Shown in pieces: positions 1-13,410 of a stretch of 64,000 nucleotides of DNA. The stretch's first letter is position 1; every line of letters begins with the position of its first letter. The notes under the pieces were generated by a model. The model worked only from the letters and a program-made list of their open reading frames with translations, was not told where the DNA came from and did not search any database. Where the stretch lies: positions 6,774,066 through 6,838,065 of the forward strand of contig MU058213.1 in the NCBI GenBank assembly GCA_013265495.1. The letters are read 5' to 3'. This stretch comes from Vicugna vicugna (lineage: Eukaryota). Made by a program: the position numbers and the translations under genes.

Positions 1-375
1 TAGCCTGGTGGGGAGATTATGTGAATAAGTACATTATAATAAATTGTCATGGTGGCTGTGAATGCAATTGCAGGGCTCTATAAGAAAGTATAAGTGGAAA
101 CTTCTGTTTGCATGGAGATTCAGGGAAGGTTTCTGAACGAGACACATTTGCAGTGAGATCTGAAACATCAGTAGGAACGATCTGGGCCACAGGAAAGGAG
201 ATTAAAGTATCAGGGAGCAGCGTGTGCAAAGACACTATGGGGAGAAGGACTTGCCAAGTTCAGTGAACTAAAAGAAGGCCAGTGAGGCTGGAATAAAGTG
301 AGTGAAAGAGTGAGGAAGATACAACCAAAGGAGAGGTGAGGGCCAGGAGAGTGAGTGGCCTTGGAGGCAATACTG
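1..375 (-). mobile_element. LINE L2 fragment (left part, split by an L1)
   Basis: L2-like antisense motifs (GCAGCGTGTGCAAAG, AAGAAGGCCAGTGAGGCTGGA). The element resumes at 2175. Confidence 0.65.
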
Positions 376-2071
376 AAGACTGGGGTTTTTTTTTTCTTTT
401 TTTTTTTGGTCATTTTTTTTTTAATTGAAGTATAGTTGATTTACAATGAAAAGGAAGAAGTAAAACTGTCTCTGTTTGCAAGCGACATGATACTATACAT
501 AGAAAATCCTAAAGATGCCATCAGAAAACTACTAGAGCTCATTAATGAAGTTGGTAAAGTTGCAGGACACAAAATTAGTATATAGAAATTTGTTGCATTT
601 CTATACACTAACAACAACATATCTGAAAGAGAAATTAAGAAAACAATGTCATTTACAATCACATTAAAAAGAATAAAATATCTCAGAATAAACCTATCTA
701 AGGAGGCAAAAGATCTCTACTTCAAAAACCGTAAGATGCCGATGAAAGAAACTAAAGACAACAAAAAAAACAGATGGACAGACATACTGTGTTCTTGGAT
801 TAGAAGAATCAATATTTAAAATGACCATACTACCCAAGGCAATCTACAGATTCACTGCAATTCCTATCTAGTTACCAATGGCATTTTTCACAGAGCTAGA
901 ACAAACAATTTTAAAATTTGTATGGAAACACAAAAGACGCCAAATAGCCAAAATAATCTTGAGAAAGAAGAATGAAACTGGAGGAATCACACTCCCTGAC
1001 TTCAATCACAAAGCTACAGTAATCAAAACAGTATACTATGGGCACAAAAACAGACACAGGTCAATGGAGCAGGATAGAAAGTCCAGAAATAAACCCACAC
1101 ACTTATGGTCAATGAATCTACAGTAAAGGAGGCAAGAACATACAATGGAGAAAAGACAGTCTTTTCAATAAATGGTGCTGAGAAAACTGGACAGCTACTT
1201 GTAAAAGAATAAAATTAGAACATTCTCTAACACCATATACAAAAATAAATTCAAAATGGATTAAAGACCTAAATATAAAATCATGTACTATAAAACTTCT
1301 AGAAGAAAACATAGGCAGAACACTCTCGGACATAAATTGCAGCAATATATTTTTTGGATCCATCTCCTATAGTAATGGGAATGAGAGCAAAAATAAACAA
1401 TTTGGAGCTAATTAAACTTATAAGCTTTTGTACAGCAAAGGAAACCATAAACAAAACGAAAAGACAACCTACCAAATAGGAGAAAATATTTGCAAATGAT
1501 GTGGCTGACAAGGGATTAATTTCCAGAATATACAAACAGCTCCTACACCTCAATATCAAAAAATAACCAACCCAATCAAAAAATGGGCAGAAGACCTAAA
1601 CAGACATTTCTCCAAAGAACACATACAGATGGCCAACAGGCACATGAAAAAATGCTCAACGTCGCTAATTATTAGAGAAATGCAAATCAAAACTACACTA
1701 AGGTAATACCTCACACCAGTCAGAATGACCATCATCAGGAAGTCTCCAAATAATAAATGCTGAAGAGGGTGAAGAGAAAAGGGAACCCTCCTATTTATAT
1801 TGTATATAAAATAGATAAACAACAAGGATCTACTGAACAGAACAAGGAACTATATTCAGTATCTTTTAATAACCTATAATGGAAAAGAATCTGAAAAAAC
1901 ACATATGTATATTATTTTTCATATATATATATATATANNNNNNNNNNNNNNNNNNNNNNNNNNNNNNNNNNNNNNNNNNNNNNNNNNNNNNNNNNNNNNN
2001 NNNNNNNNNNNNNNNNNNNNNNNNNNNNNNNNNNNNNNNNNNNNNNATAATATATATATATATATATATTT

Positions 2072-2127
<56 letters not shown>

Positions 2128-2189
2128 CTGAATCACTTTGCTGTACACCTGAAACTAATACAACATTGTAAATCAAGACTTTGGATTTT
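376..2189. mobile_element. Cetartiodactyl-type L1, 5'-truncated and inverted, with internal deletion
   Basis: ORF2 C-terminal fragments on + ([40 protein letters not shown]), 3' UTR with TA microsatellite, and 3' terminus plus polyA on - at 386-448. Confidence 0.9.
1938..2046. other. Assembly gap (109 N) inside a (TA)n microsatellite
   Basis: N run flanked by (AT)n on both sides. Confidence 0.99.
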
Positions 2190-2620
2190 GTCCTAGAAGT
2201 AGTGGGAAGCCACTGAAGAACTTTGAGCAGGGAAATCAATGCCTTTGACCAGCTGCTTGGCTTGAAGGCAAGCCAAGGATGAAGCAGGGAGGTCAGTGAG
2301 TGAGTATCTCTGTGGTTCAAAACATGACTGTGGTTAGGACAAGAGCTGGGGCCAAGGAGATGGAGGAAACTTGACATGTTTGAGAGGGATTTGGGCGTAG
2401 AAATGACAAAATGATTGGTTGTGAAAATGAAGGAGAGGAAGTATGCAAGAATGACTCCTAGATTTCTGGTTCAAGCAAGTGGTGGCGGGGGAGGTGTAAG
2501 TAAATGAAATGGGAAGGCCAGGGGACTGGCAGGTAGGGGGTGGCAGAGCAAGGGATCAGTCTAGACAAACTGTTAAATGAGATGACATGTTGGGATGTCT
2601 TGTTGATGGCCTAGAGATCA
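2175..2620 (-). mobile_element. LINE L2 fragment (right part)
   Basis: GACTTTGGATTTT...TGGGAAGCCACTGAAGAACTTTGAGCAGGG and AATGACTCCTAGATTTCTGG are typical L2 antisense motifs. Confidence 0.7.
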
Positions 2621-3101
2621 AAAGAAAGGTCATGTTTATTTTAATTATTTATTGCTTTTAATGAGAATTCAAAAATGTTCTAGGTTTTTAACAACCAAGA
2701 ATTCTCATAAGAAAATGATTGTGTGTAGATTTTACTAATGGGTTTGGCTCCATACTGTTTCATGTACGGCAGGAAGGCACAGTCAGCTCTTTCCAGGACT
2801 CTCCCTTATAATTTAAGTCCTTTAAACGTGTATAACTAAACACCATCCCTTTAATATTTCCAAGTCAGCATCTGATACACAATTCATTGTCCTTGGATCC
2901 TCATCAAGTTTCCAGTGTTGAGATGCTCAAAGTACACTGATAGAAAAAAACTGGAAAAAATACACCAACATAAACAGCTGTTACCAGTAGATGGTCAGAT
3001 AATGAATGATTTTTAGGTTCAGTTTTCAAATTTCCAAGTGTCTGATTAAAAAAACTTGCTTTAATGGTATGATATGGCTTTGCCATCTTTCTAGTTTATG
3101 T

Positions 3102-3284
3102 TCTTTTTTAAAAAATTTTTTTAACACTTTATTTTGTTTCCTTGTTTTTTCAGGGGGGAGCAGGGGGAGGCAGTTAGGATTGATTGATTATTTACTTATT
3201 TATTTTAATGGAGGTACTGGGGATTGAACCAGGACCTTGTGCATGGTAAGCATGCACTCTACCACTGAGCTATACCCTCCCCTG
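3102..3284 (-). mobile_element. tRNA-derived SINE (camelid vic-1-like)
   Basis: Reverse strand reads GGGTATAGCTCAGTGGTAGAG (A box)...GGTTCAATCC (B box) with an A-rich tail. TSD CTAGTTTATGT at 3091-3101 and 3285-3295. Confidence 0.9.
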
Positions 3285-4034
3285 CTAGTTTATGTGCTGA
3301 AGAAAATAAAATGTGGTTTTATTAGCAACACTAACTAGAAGCTGGAACTACTCAATTTAGTAGCACATTTGTTGAGTGAATGAGTTGTTCTCATGAATAA
3401 AGGGCAACTTGATTATTTTATTTTAACTTTTTTCATTTTTGTAGTGGTATTACTGCCTTAGTATCTCGCTAACACTTTATTTTTAAGCATTGGTATATTC
3501 ATTTCTATTCTTTCTATCTAAGGAATTACAAAAAGTTTTAGGAAGAAAACACCAAGGGTATTGTGTGTGTGTGTTTATATATACACATACGTACAGATGT
3601 GTATGTACACAGATGGATGTATACTGATGTGTATATAAATGTGTATGTACATACATGTGTGAATACGTATATTGATTTCTACACACAGTCATTTGTAATC
3701 TGAAACCTAACACCATATTTTATAGTGCTTATAGCAATTGTTCATGGCCGTTTACACCAGGTCAAAAAAATCCAGTAAGTTTACATTAAAAACACAACAA
3801 AAATGGTTGCTCAGCATTGCTTAGGCAAAGCAAAAGACTAGCAAATCATCCCTCCTTTTCATCCAGTCGCTCTTGCAGCATCATCACCTTGCAGCGTGTG
3901 AGCTTCTACCCCTCAATGCGACTCATCTGCAACGGCCTAACCAACCAGCTCATCTCTGTAAAGGGGACGAGTCTACACCGCACCTTCCCAGACATTCTCT
4001 CATTCGATCCTCTCCAAATCCAGCGAGACGATCA

Positions 4035-5470
4035 GTAATGCCCACTCACCATCTCTCTGAGCCTCAGCTGATTGCAAAATGAGGACGATGCTCTCTACCC
4101 ACAGAGTGGCCCCAGAGGCAGGACGGTATAGTTAAGCACACAGTCTTCGAGGTAAAAAAAAGACCTGGGGTCCAACCCTCACCTCTGCCGCTGACTGGCT
4201 GTGTGAGTTCAGGCAAAGTACATCACTTCCCTCCGTTCCCAGTTCTTTATCAGTAAAGGAGGGCTGACTCCAGGGATGATGCTGATAATAGTTATCAAAG
4301 AGCAGAGGTGGCCTGTGCCCAGCTTATAGCAAGAGACTGATAAATCATAGATACCGCTGCACTTGACCCTTGAAATATAAATCAGTACAATAGTAAAATC
4401 TTATCATTATTTTATCCATGAAGACACTAAAATGCTAAATAGTTAAATGACTTATTGAGTGATCACACAGCTATTAAGTGCCAGTGGTCTCCTTAGAACC
4501 CTTGCTTCTTACTCCTGGCCTCTCCCTCCCTCTTCCAGCCCAAGCCCAGGCCCATAGCTGCATAACCTGCTCACATGTGAGTTCTTAAACATTCGGTGGG
4601 ATTGCGGTAACTTTCCAAGAGAGCCAGTTATCTCCAGCCCCATAGTCAAAACGGATAACTCACTCCCCAACTCAAAGAAGGGGCAATGCTCCTGGAGTTC
4701 ACTAGATTTTCCCTCCCTGAAATGCTGATGAGGGGATTAGCTACTGGCCATCCTCAAGCAAAATGAGCATCCTAGAAAAAGGTTGCTGCTGGAACTAAAA
4801 ATCAGGTATGATTTCTTCCACATGCCCCACTGCCTTCAGTAAAAGAGGGTGGGCTTGTCATGGATGCCTTTGCTTTTTAATCTGTATTTGATGAAAACAT
4901 TATTTGAGAATTAAAACCAAAGAGTACAAGCAATGTCTTGGAAATCATACTAGTGCAATATGAAAATGCTGATAATTCCTTGTGCAAATGAACAATTAGA
5001 AAATAAAATACCAAACGTCTCTTCTTGCCAGACATGTGGCAAAGCACTCCTTGAAGGTGTCATGGAATAGACAATGCCACCACTGTTTTACAGATGAGGG
5101 TTCTGAAGCTCTGAGAGGTTAGGTAACTGGCCCAAAGACACAATAAGCGACAGAGCTGGAATTTGAACCCAGGTCATCGGCTATGGATTCACCTTTCATC
5201 CCATTTCATCACAGCCGCCTTCGAACATGCCTGGGATTAGTACTACACACATGGGGGAACAGCCTGGCCCATGTTGCATAAGGATATTCACACACTGGGA
5301 ACAGTATGATGTGATGAAAGAGGACCGGCCTGATTCAGGAGAGCCAAGCCCTCTCTCCACCTGCTATTAAATGTGTGACTTTAGACACGTCACTTGAGCA
5401 CGGAAAAAGCCTTGGTTTACTTCTGCTGAACCAAACCGTCTCAAAGCCTCCTTCACTTCTAAAAGTGTAT
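4035..5470. mobile_element. Cluster of MIR SINE fragments
   Basis: MIR core motifs, e.g. CTCTCTGAGCCTCAG (4053) and TTTTACAGATGAGG...AGAGGTTAGGTAACTGGCCCAAAG...GGAATTTGAACCCAGG (5086-5173). Confidence 0.7.
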
Positions 5471-5599
5471 GGTTCTGTTTTTTTTTTCTATTTGTTTAAC
5501 TTTAACATTTGGCTCCTGCACTTTATTGTGTAGATCTGAGGGTTCTGGAAAGAGTAATTTGGAAAGAAGTAAATTAACTTGGTCAGAGTATTATATGCA

Positions 5600-6230
5600 A
5601 TTTCAAAACACTATTGAGGCTCTAAATTAGAATTCAACACCAAATGGCAAGGGTGTGGGGAACTGATATTCTCATATTATTGGAGGGTGGGTAGAGTAGT
5701 ATAATTTTTCAGGGCAATCTGACAACTTCTGTAACAACCTGGCCAAGAAAATCCACCTCCAGGAATTTATCACATAGCTATAGGAATACCCTGCAGCCAT
5801 ATTCGCCTGTGTGCACAGAGGCATGCCATCGAAGGACATTCTCTGCAGCGTCGTATGTGACTGTCAAGGATTAAAAGGAACCGAAGTGCTCAATCAATAG
5901 AAGACGGGTTAAATAAATTAAGATTCCCAACAGCACGTAATACCATGCAGGTATTAAGGAAAATGGGGCAGATGTACTAATATGGAAAGCTCACAAAGTA
6001 TTCTGCTAACTTTCTAGATGCTGGACACTGTGGGTAATGTTCTGCAGCCTCTGGGGTATGCTGAGGTATGTTTGTGTGTGTGTGTGTGCAATATGTCTGG
6101 AAGGACACAGAAGAAACCTAGTGTCTGCAGTCATCTCTGCAGACAGGAGCTGAGGGCCTAGGGGACAGACGTGAGAGACTTCCTGTTTGGTAGTGTTTTA
6201 TTATTATTTTTTAACCATGCATATGTATTG
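5600..6230 (+). mobile_element. Old L1 (L1ME-like) 3' fragment
   Basis: Degenerate L1 ORF2-end and 3' UTR motifs (TGGCAAGGGTGTGGGGAA, ATCCACCTCCAGGAATTTATC). Confidence 0.6.
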
Positions 6231-8656
6231 CTACTTGGATGGGTAGAGGATGGATGGTTGGATGGCTGGATGGACAGACTAATGGGTGGAGGGAGAGAGA
6301 AAAAGTCAAGAGAGAACTATGGTTGTTACCAGAAATCAGAGCAAAAAGCAACTTGCTCAGACATACAAACAACCTCTAACCAAGACCACATTTCCACACC
6401 ACAATCATGTACCTAATGAATCAGCAACAAAAACAGAAGTGACTACCCTGTGAGTATTTTATGTAGTCACCTTACTTAATCTGCACTCCAGCACCCAAAC
6501 CAATGTATTACCTGCACATGAACCTGTATCTCCCTCACAGATGGGTAAACTGAAGTTCAGAGAGGGGAAGCAACTCACCCAAGGGCACTCAGCTTATAAG
6601 AGACAGCATCAGGTTTGGAATCCAGGCTTGCTGATTGCAAAGCCAACCCTCTTTTTCACTGGCTCAAATTGATGTTGTTATGGCCAATTTCAATTTTACA
6701 CAAAGTGGACTTTGCCCATTGGCAAACTGTAGAAAAATGTGTATGGCAGCACTCACTCCAGGTTCTGCTGTCACCAAATTAAAGTGCTGGAGTCATCCCA
6801 GATTTCTTTGGAAGGCCTGGGAAGTTGTGCTTTGTCCCTCAATGGCCAGATCCACAACACACAGAATAAACTCCTTCAATAAAGTTCACCCTGTTCCTCA
6901 TTAATTCCCCTCCTATTGAAAGACTGGGGACTGGCGGGCGAGGGGGCCAGTCTGCTCTCTGATGCAGAGGCCCAAGCTGATTCCAACAGAGCTCCAAGGG
7001 CCTTCGATGCTGAAAGCAGTCAGTGCCAACCGGACAGCTTATCATCATTATTTCCTGGAAAGGTCCTCTGAGACCTTGAGCATAAAAGAGCCTGTTTCCA
7101 ACCCGAAGATCCTCTCTGGTCTGTGTTATACCCACAGGGACGCAGAAGCACTTGTGGTATCAAGAAGCTACTGACACGGATCTGAAACGACTTTGATAAC
7201 AGCAGCACAAAAAAGCCCTCAGCTGCCTGTAGGAAGGCAGGCAGCAGCAGCAGCATCTCATAGGCACAATTACAGCGCTCACCTGAGCTTTCCAGGTGCA
7301 ACAGCATCAGCCGGGCTCCCACCTCCCCCGCTTTCCCTGTTTTTGGACGCCCTAAATTGCTTTGGCGGCAGGATAGCAAGCTGTGCCGGATAAACACCGT
7401 TCTCCAGGGTTGGTTACTTTTAACAGAAGCCACCAAAACCTGCCTGAATGTTACTCCAGGCAAGTAACTCAGAACAATGCTTTTTAAAAAAAAAAAAATT
7501 ATTTTTTAATTTTTTTTACTTAGCAACAGTCAGCGTACTTGTGAGGCAACCGTGAATATTCAAATACTGTAATTGGAGATGATTTACATTGTTTTGAATT
7601 AACTAAAATTCCATTGTTAAGCACAAATACAGCTCCACTAAATCATCATGCTTTTAATAGGTCCACGTGAGCAGGTTACCGAGCGCATTAGGATTTATAA
7701 CGCTCCTGGGGAGCTGACCACTGTATTAGGCTTCCTGCTGCTAGGTAATATGCATGACACATTTCTGAACACTAATTCATTTATTTAATAGTAACAGTAT
7801 GCAAAAACAGAGTTCAAAATGAGGCTGACAAAGGAGGTATAAAAGTTTTATTAATCCATAGCTAATCAAAGGCCAGTGGAAGGCATATAATGGTGGCATT
7901 TACAGACCATATCGAATGTGAATAAATTAACTTTTTGTTTCCTAAAATCTTACTAATAGGATGAATTCGACTTGAAACATTTATACTTTTAATTACAGAA
8001 GCAGGCAATTTGGAGCAGGTTTCCAGCTGCACTTTTCCTGAAAAGCTACAACTTTGCATCACAGATCAACACAAATGCTGGTATCAGCTGTTGTCTCCAC
8101 TATGATCAATTACCGTCCAAGCTGCTTCACACTAAAAACTGCAATGTTGTTTATTTTACTGCTGGTTGAACTGCATGCTGTCAATCATTAGAAAATTATT
8201 TTCTCTGAAATATGAAGAGTCTCTATTTTATTTTTCTCCTGTTGCCCTGATCACTACACACAAAGCACATAAGCAGGTGGCTTCATGTCCTGCTGCGGGA
8301 AACCTTTATTACAGTTTGACAGCTCACTTTTGCAACAAACCACAGCAAAGCAAGAGAGTTTGAAGCACAAGCAAAAGAGAACATTGGGAGAGACCAAGAA
8401 ACACTGAAGCGTGTGGGAGAACCATTTTCTTGGCTTAGTTCAATAGCAAATGTTGGGAGAATATTTGCTCATTATTTCTAAATCAAAACAGAAGGAAATA
8501 AAGATTTAAAACATAAACCTTTCTCCATCCTAGAATTCTAAGCACATTCTGCTGCTCAGGGCATTTTGTAGCGATCAGCTAGTTCTTACATAATAACCAT
8601 TTGTGAATACTGTTCTCATATTGAAGGTGAGAAAGAGATCATAGAATTATTCATGG

Positions 8657-8960
8657 CAGTATTTTCCTGAGTGTATTCTGCAGAGCATGAGCTAAAGAGC
8701 TTTTGGATATTAGGAGGGTTTATAATAAAGAAGGGTTCCATGGTCAAATGAGTTTGGGGAATGCTGGATTAAACAAAGCTGTGTAAACATGGATCTTTAC
8801 ATTAGGTTTTCTCCCAGCCTTTAAGCCGCTAATGGACATTGTAAAACTCCAAGAGGAGGATGTGGAATGAAGTGTTTCTCAAATTTATTTGATCGTGGAC
8901 TTTTTACTAAGAAGGGAAAAAAGCTAGAGTGTCGCAGAACTCAATTTAGGAAACACAGTG
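8657..8960. mobile_element. hAT-Charlie-type non-autonomous DNA transposon
   Basis: CAGTATTTTCC...GGAAACACAG termini and an internal inverted pair (GGTCAAATGAGTTTGGGGAA / TTCTCAAATTTATTTGATC). Confidence 0.6.
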
Positions 8961-9439
8961 TACGGCATACGGTCCCACACTGGCAACCAGGACACACCAG
9001 TGGGCCTCAAGTCTTTTCTGGAAGTTCTCCAAATTCTGCCCCTGCCATCCCTCCCTGCTACCAATTAACTGAAGCCCATTCTCCACCTCTACCTCAGGAA
9101 CTTTATTGTCAGCTTCAGAATCCATACACATAAACCCTAACACACAAGTGTATCATCTTCTATCACCAGTATCTTAGACCCTAATCCAGAAGGTTCTGTA
9201 AATAGCCATAAGTCAACTTCTTGGGAGAAGAAACAATTTCTACTTAAGCACAGATGATGGACATTATGATTTAGTTTATACACAGGGGGTGTACTCAGAG
9301 CAATCGCCCTGAAAGGGTGGTTCATATCTTGTGGTCATTGTAGGGCTTAAAAAATCTCAATCACTCTTTAACCCGGCACCCACAGGTATGAGACAAAAAA
9401 TAAATAGCCCCCACCCACAAGATCACAGTTGTATTTTGA

Positions 9440-12155
9440 CATAACATTCAAAAAGCATTGGGACACTACAAAAAAAAACTACTAGAACCAGTAAGTACGT
9501 TTAGTAAGGTCACAGGAGATAAATCAACCGTATTTCTATATATTAACAATAAACAATTGGAAACTAAATTTTTAAAAACCACATTATTTACAGTGGCATT
9601 TAAAATAAAGCATTTAGGTATAAATCTCACAATACAGGTGTAAGAGTTGCGTTTTGGAACTCACCGAACATCAGTAAGAGACATTAAAAAAGGGTCTAAA
9701 TAAATAGAACTGCAGTGTGTTTATACACTGGACAACTCAATATCATTGAGTGGTTAATTCTCTCCAAACTGATATTTATAATCAACTAACTCCCAGACAA
9801 AGCATCAGCAAGACTTTTGGTAAAAATTGACAAGCTGATTCTAAAATTTATATGGAAAAGGAGAGGATCTAGAATAGCCCAATAATTCTGAAAAGAAGAA
9901 CAAAACTGAAATACTTGCGCTGATTGATCTCAAGACTTTTTCTAAAGCTACAGTCATTAGGGTGGTGTAGTAATGACGTAAGTATAGACATGAAAGTGAA
10001 TAGAATATAAACTCCAGAAACAGACCCACAGAAATATGGCCAGTTGATAATCAACAAAGATGCCAAGGTAATTCAGCAGAGAAAGATTTACCAACAATGG
10101 TGCTAGAACAATTCTCAACAAGGATGCTGGAACAATTAGATGCAACTGAATACCACAAAATGAACCTAGAGCTTTTCTTCAAACTATATATAAAATTAAC
10201 TCAAGATGAATCATAGCCATATATGTAAAACCTTAAACTATAAAACTTTTAGAAGAATGCTATGATGTTAGGTGAGGTAAAGATTTCTTAGAACACAAAA
10301 AGCACAAACCATAGGGTGAAAAATCAGTAAATCAGACTTTACCAAAATTGAAAACTTTTGTTCTTCTAAAGACTCAGTTATGAAGACAAAATGACAAGCT
10401 ACAGACTGGGAGAAATATCCACAAAGCAAATACCCGATAAGGGATCTGTATCCAAAATATATAAAGAACACTTACAACTTAATAGTAAGAAAATGAGTCA
10501 ATTTTTTAAATGAGCAAAAATTTGAACAGACACTTCACCAAAGAAGAGATATGATGGCAAATAAACACATAAATCATTAGAAAATACAAATTAAAAACAC
10601 AATCAGACACAACTACATATGTACCAGAATGGCCAAGCATTAACAAGTCTGACAATATGAGGGAGCAGCTCCAACTCCCTAACATTACTCGTGGAAATGC
10701 AAAATGGTAAGTCACTTTGGAACACAGGTTGACAGTTTTTTATAAAGTTAAACATACATTTATCATAAAACCCAGCAATCCCACTCCAGGCATTTATCCA
10801 AGAGAAATGCAAACATATATCCACACAAAAAACTGTATGTTACTGTTTAAAGCAGCTTTATACATAGTTGCCACAAACTGGAAACACCTCAAATATCTTT
10901 TAAAAGGTGAATGGATAGAGAAATGCAAATCAAAACTACAATGAGGTATCTCTTCACACCAGTCAGAATGGCCATCATTCAAAAGTCCACAAATGACAAA
11001 TGCTAGAGAGGCTGTGGAGAAAAGGGAACCCTCCTACACTGCTTGTAGGAATGCAGCTTGGTGCAGCCAGTGTGGAAAACAGTATGGAGATTCCTCAAAA
11101 GACTAGGAATAGACTTACCATATGACCCAGTAATTCTGCTCCTGGGCATATATCCAGAAGGAACCCTACTTCAAAAAGACACCTGTACCCCAGTGTTCAT
11201 AGCAGCACTATTTACAATAGCCAAGACATGGAAACAGCCTAAATGTCCATTGACAGTGACTGGGTAAAGAAGAGGTGGTATATTTATACAATGGAACACT
11301 ATTCAGCCATAAAAAAGACAACATAATGCCATTTGCAGCAACATGGATGTCCCTGGAGAATGTCATTTTAAGTGAAGCCAGAAAGAAAAAAAAATACCAT
11401 ATGAGATCTCTCATATGTGGAATCTAAAAAAAGAGAAAAGAATATAAATACAAAACAGAAACAGACTCACAGACACAGAATACAAACTGTGGTTGCCAAG
11501 GGGGAGGAGGGTGGCAAGGGACAGACTGGGAGTTTGAGATTTGTAGATACTGACAGGCATATATAGAATAGATGAACAAGATTATACTGTATAGCACAGA
11601 GAAATATATACAAGATCTTGTGGTAGCTCACAGCAAAAAAGAATGCAACAATGAATACATGTATGTTCATGTATAACTGAAAAATTGTGCTCTACACTGG
11701 AAATTGATACAACATTGTAAAATGACTAGAACTCAATAAAAAAAATGTAAAAAAAAATGAATGGATAAGTAAATTGTGGTACATCCATACAACAGAAGAG
11801 TATTCAGCAATGAAAAAGAATGAAGTGAAGCATGCAACCACATAAAGGCATCTCAGAAATACTGCTAACAGATGCCAGATACAAAAGATTTTATATTGTA
11901 TGATTCTATTTACATAGTGATCTTGAAAAGGTAAAACTATAGAGACAGAAATCAGATCCGTGGCAGGGACTGGGAGTTGTAAGAGGATTGACTAGAAAGT
12001 AGTAGGAGGGGAAATCTGGAGATGATAGAAATATTCTATATATTGATTGTGGTGATGGTAACAGAACTATAGACATTTATAAAAACTCACTGAACTGTAT
12101 AGCTTGAAAGGATGAAATTTACTCTATGTAAATTATACATCAGCAAAACTGATTT
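9440..12155 (+). mobile_element. Old L1 (L1MB/MC-like) ORF2 3' half and 3' UTR, interrupted by a younger L1
   Basis: Degenerate ORF2 motifs (LLEPVSTFSKVTGDKSTVFLYINN; IKHLGINLT). 3' UTR ends TATGTAAATTATAC. Confidence 0.85.
10918..11757 (+). mobile_element. Younger 5'-truncated L1 nested in the older L1
   Basis: ORF2 C-terminus ([32 protein letters not shown]), 3' UTR and polyA. TSD TGAATGGATA at 10908-10917 and 11758-11767. Confidence 0.9.
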
Positions 12156-12699
12156 TTTTAATTTGGCATAAATTCATACTTGCTTTGATTCATCTTACAT
12201 TTTACCTCATGTATCCTTGTTAGTGACCATTCTACACTTCAGCGGTACTAAACATTTTATATATGTTTGATCTTAATGTGGAGGCTTCAGCTTAGTTGAT
12301 ACTTGGTGTTAAAAACTGTTTGACATATGGTTACACCCACAGTGAAATCTCCCCACATGAAGTGGTTAAAACACACTGGTATTATTATGAGAATTTTTAA
12401 TTGAAGGAAGTGGCCAACTGAAAAAACCACCAAGAAACAGAAAGTGCCAGATGTTGTGGCTTTGCCTTTCTGATCTGAAACTTCTCAGTCCCAGCTCTGA
12501 TCCGAGGAACTCTGAGCACCTAAGCCAGACTTCCAATCAGGGACATTTGAAAATCGCACTGTGTAGGTCCTGACTCACATACTGCTTGCTCTTTAAATAA
12601 CTGTGCTCCCACCAGTTCACCGACTGCCTCTGGCATCATCCATTTCCTTCTCTTTTCTCTCATAGTGGCATGTTCATTTGAAAAGCCAACATTTCCATA

Positions 12700-13410
12700 A
12701 GTGCATAATTATAAGAAAATATGAGTAATTTTATGGAAGCAGTTTAAAACCTGGAGGAAATGGATATTTTCTCAAAAAATATGAATGACTTAAATGGATC
12801 TATATTACTAAACATCATAGAAGTGTACACTTAAAAAATCACACATTACTAAAAGTAACTGAATTTTGTGATATGTAAATTATACCTCCATAAAGCTATT
12901 TTTTTAAGTTTGTAAAAGAAGTTACAAAGCAAAAGTTGAATAGACTAGTTATCATAGAAGATGTAAAAATGATTGCAAATCTATCAGTTTTAAAAGAACC
13001 AGAACTAAACAGTTTCACAGTTGAGTTCTATCTCATCCTTAAGGAACAGATAATTCCTTTATAATTCAAAATAATTCAGACCATAATAAAAAGCTGGAGA
13101 GTGCCCCAATTCATTTTACGATTCCAACACAACTTTAATTCCCAAACCTGATAAAAATGGTATAAAAAGAGGAGAACTACAGTCCGATCTCATTTAGGAA
13201 CTGAAATGCAAAAATTTAAATCAAATATTGGCAAAGAGAATCTAGCAGTGTATTAAAATAGCAATGCTCTATGAACAAACTGGGTTTACTCCCGAAATGC
13301 AAGGATAATTTAGAATTAGAAAGTCTTTCACAATGTAAGTCATGACATCGACAAATTAAAAAAGAAAAATAATATGATCATATCATTAGATATTGAAAAG
13401 GCTTTTGCTC
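12700..13410 (+). mobile_element. Old L1 ORF2 fragment
   Basis: RT-proximal motifs (CCAATTCATTTTA, CCCAAACCTGATAAA, ATGATCATATCATTAGATATTGAAAAGGCTTTTG). Confidence 0.7.

Noticed and set aside
441..1825. ORFs with reverse-transcriptase-like peptides (also 11058, 20217, 20920)
   Set aside because: Frameshifted, truncated L1 ORF2 remnants; no intact retrotransposon.
1879..2377. IYIYIY-type ORFs (also 18144-18404)
   Set aside because: Translations of TA microsatellites and the N gap.
2740..2950. Minus-strand acceptor followed by protein-looking peptides
   Set aside because: Stops in all three frames and no recognisable homology, so a pseudogene call cannot be supported.
3200..3284. tRNA-like sequences (also at 20.4, 22.3, 34.5, 38.5 and 46.0 kb)
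   Set aside because: These are SINE heads with A-rich tails and mostly TSDs, not functional tRNA genes.
7020..7463. 147-aa minus-strand ORF with an internal CAG|GTGAGC donor
   Set aside because: Non-ATG start, weak acceptor and unrecognisable peptide.
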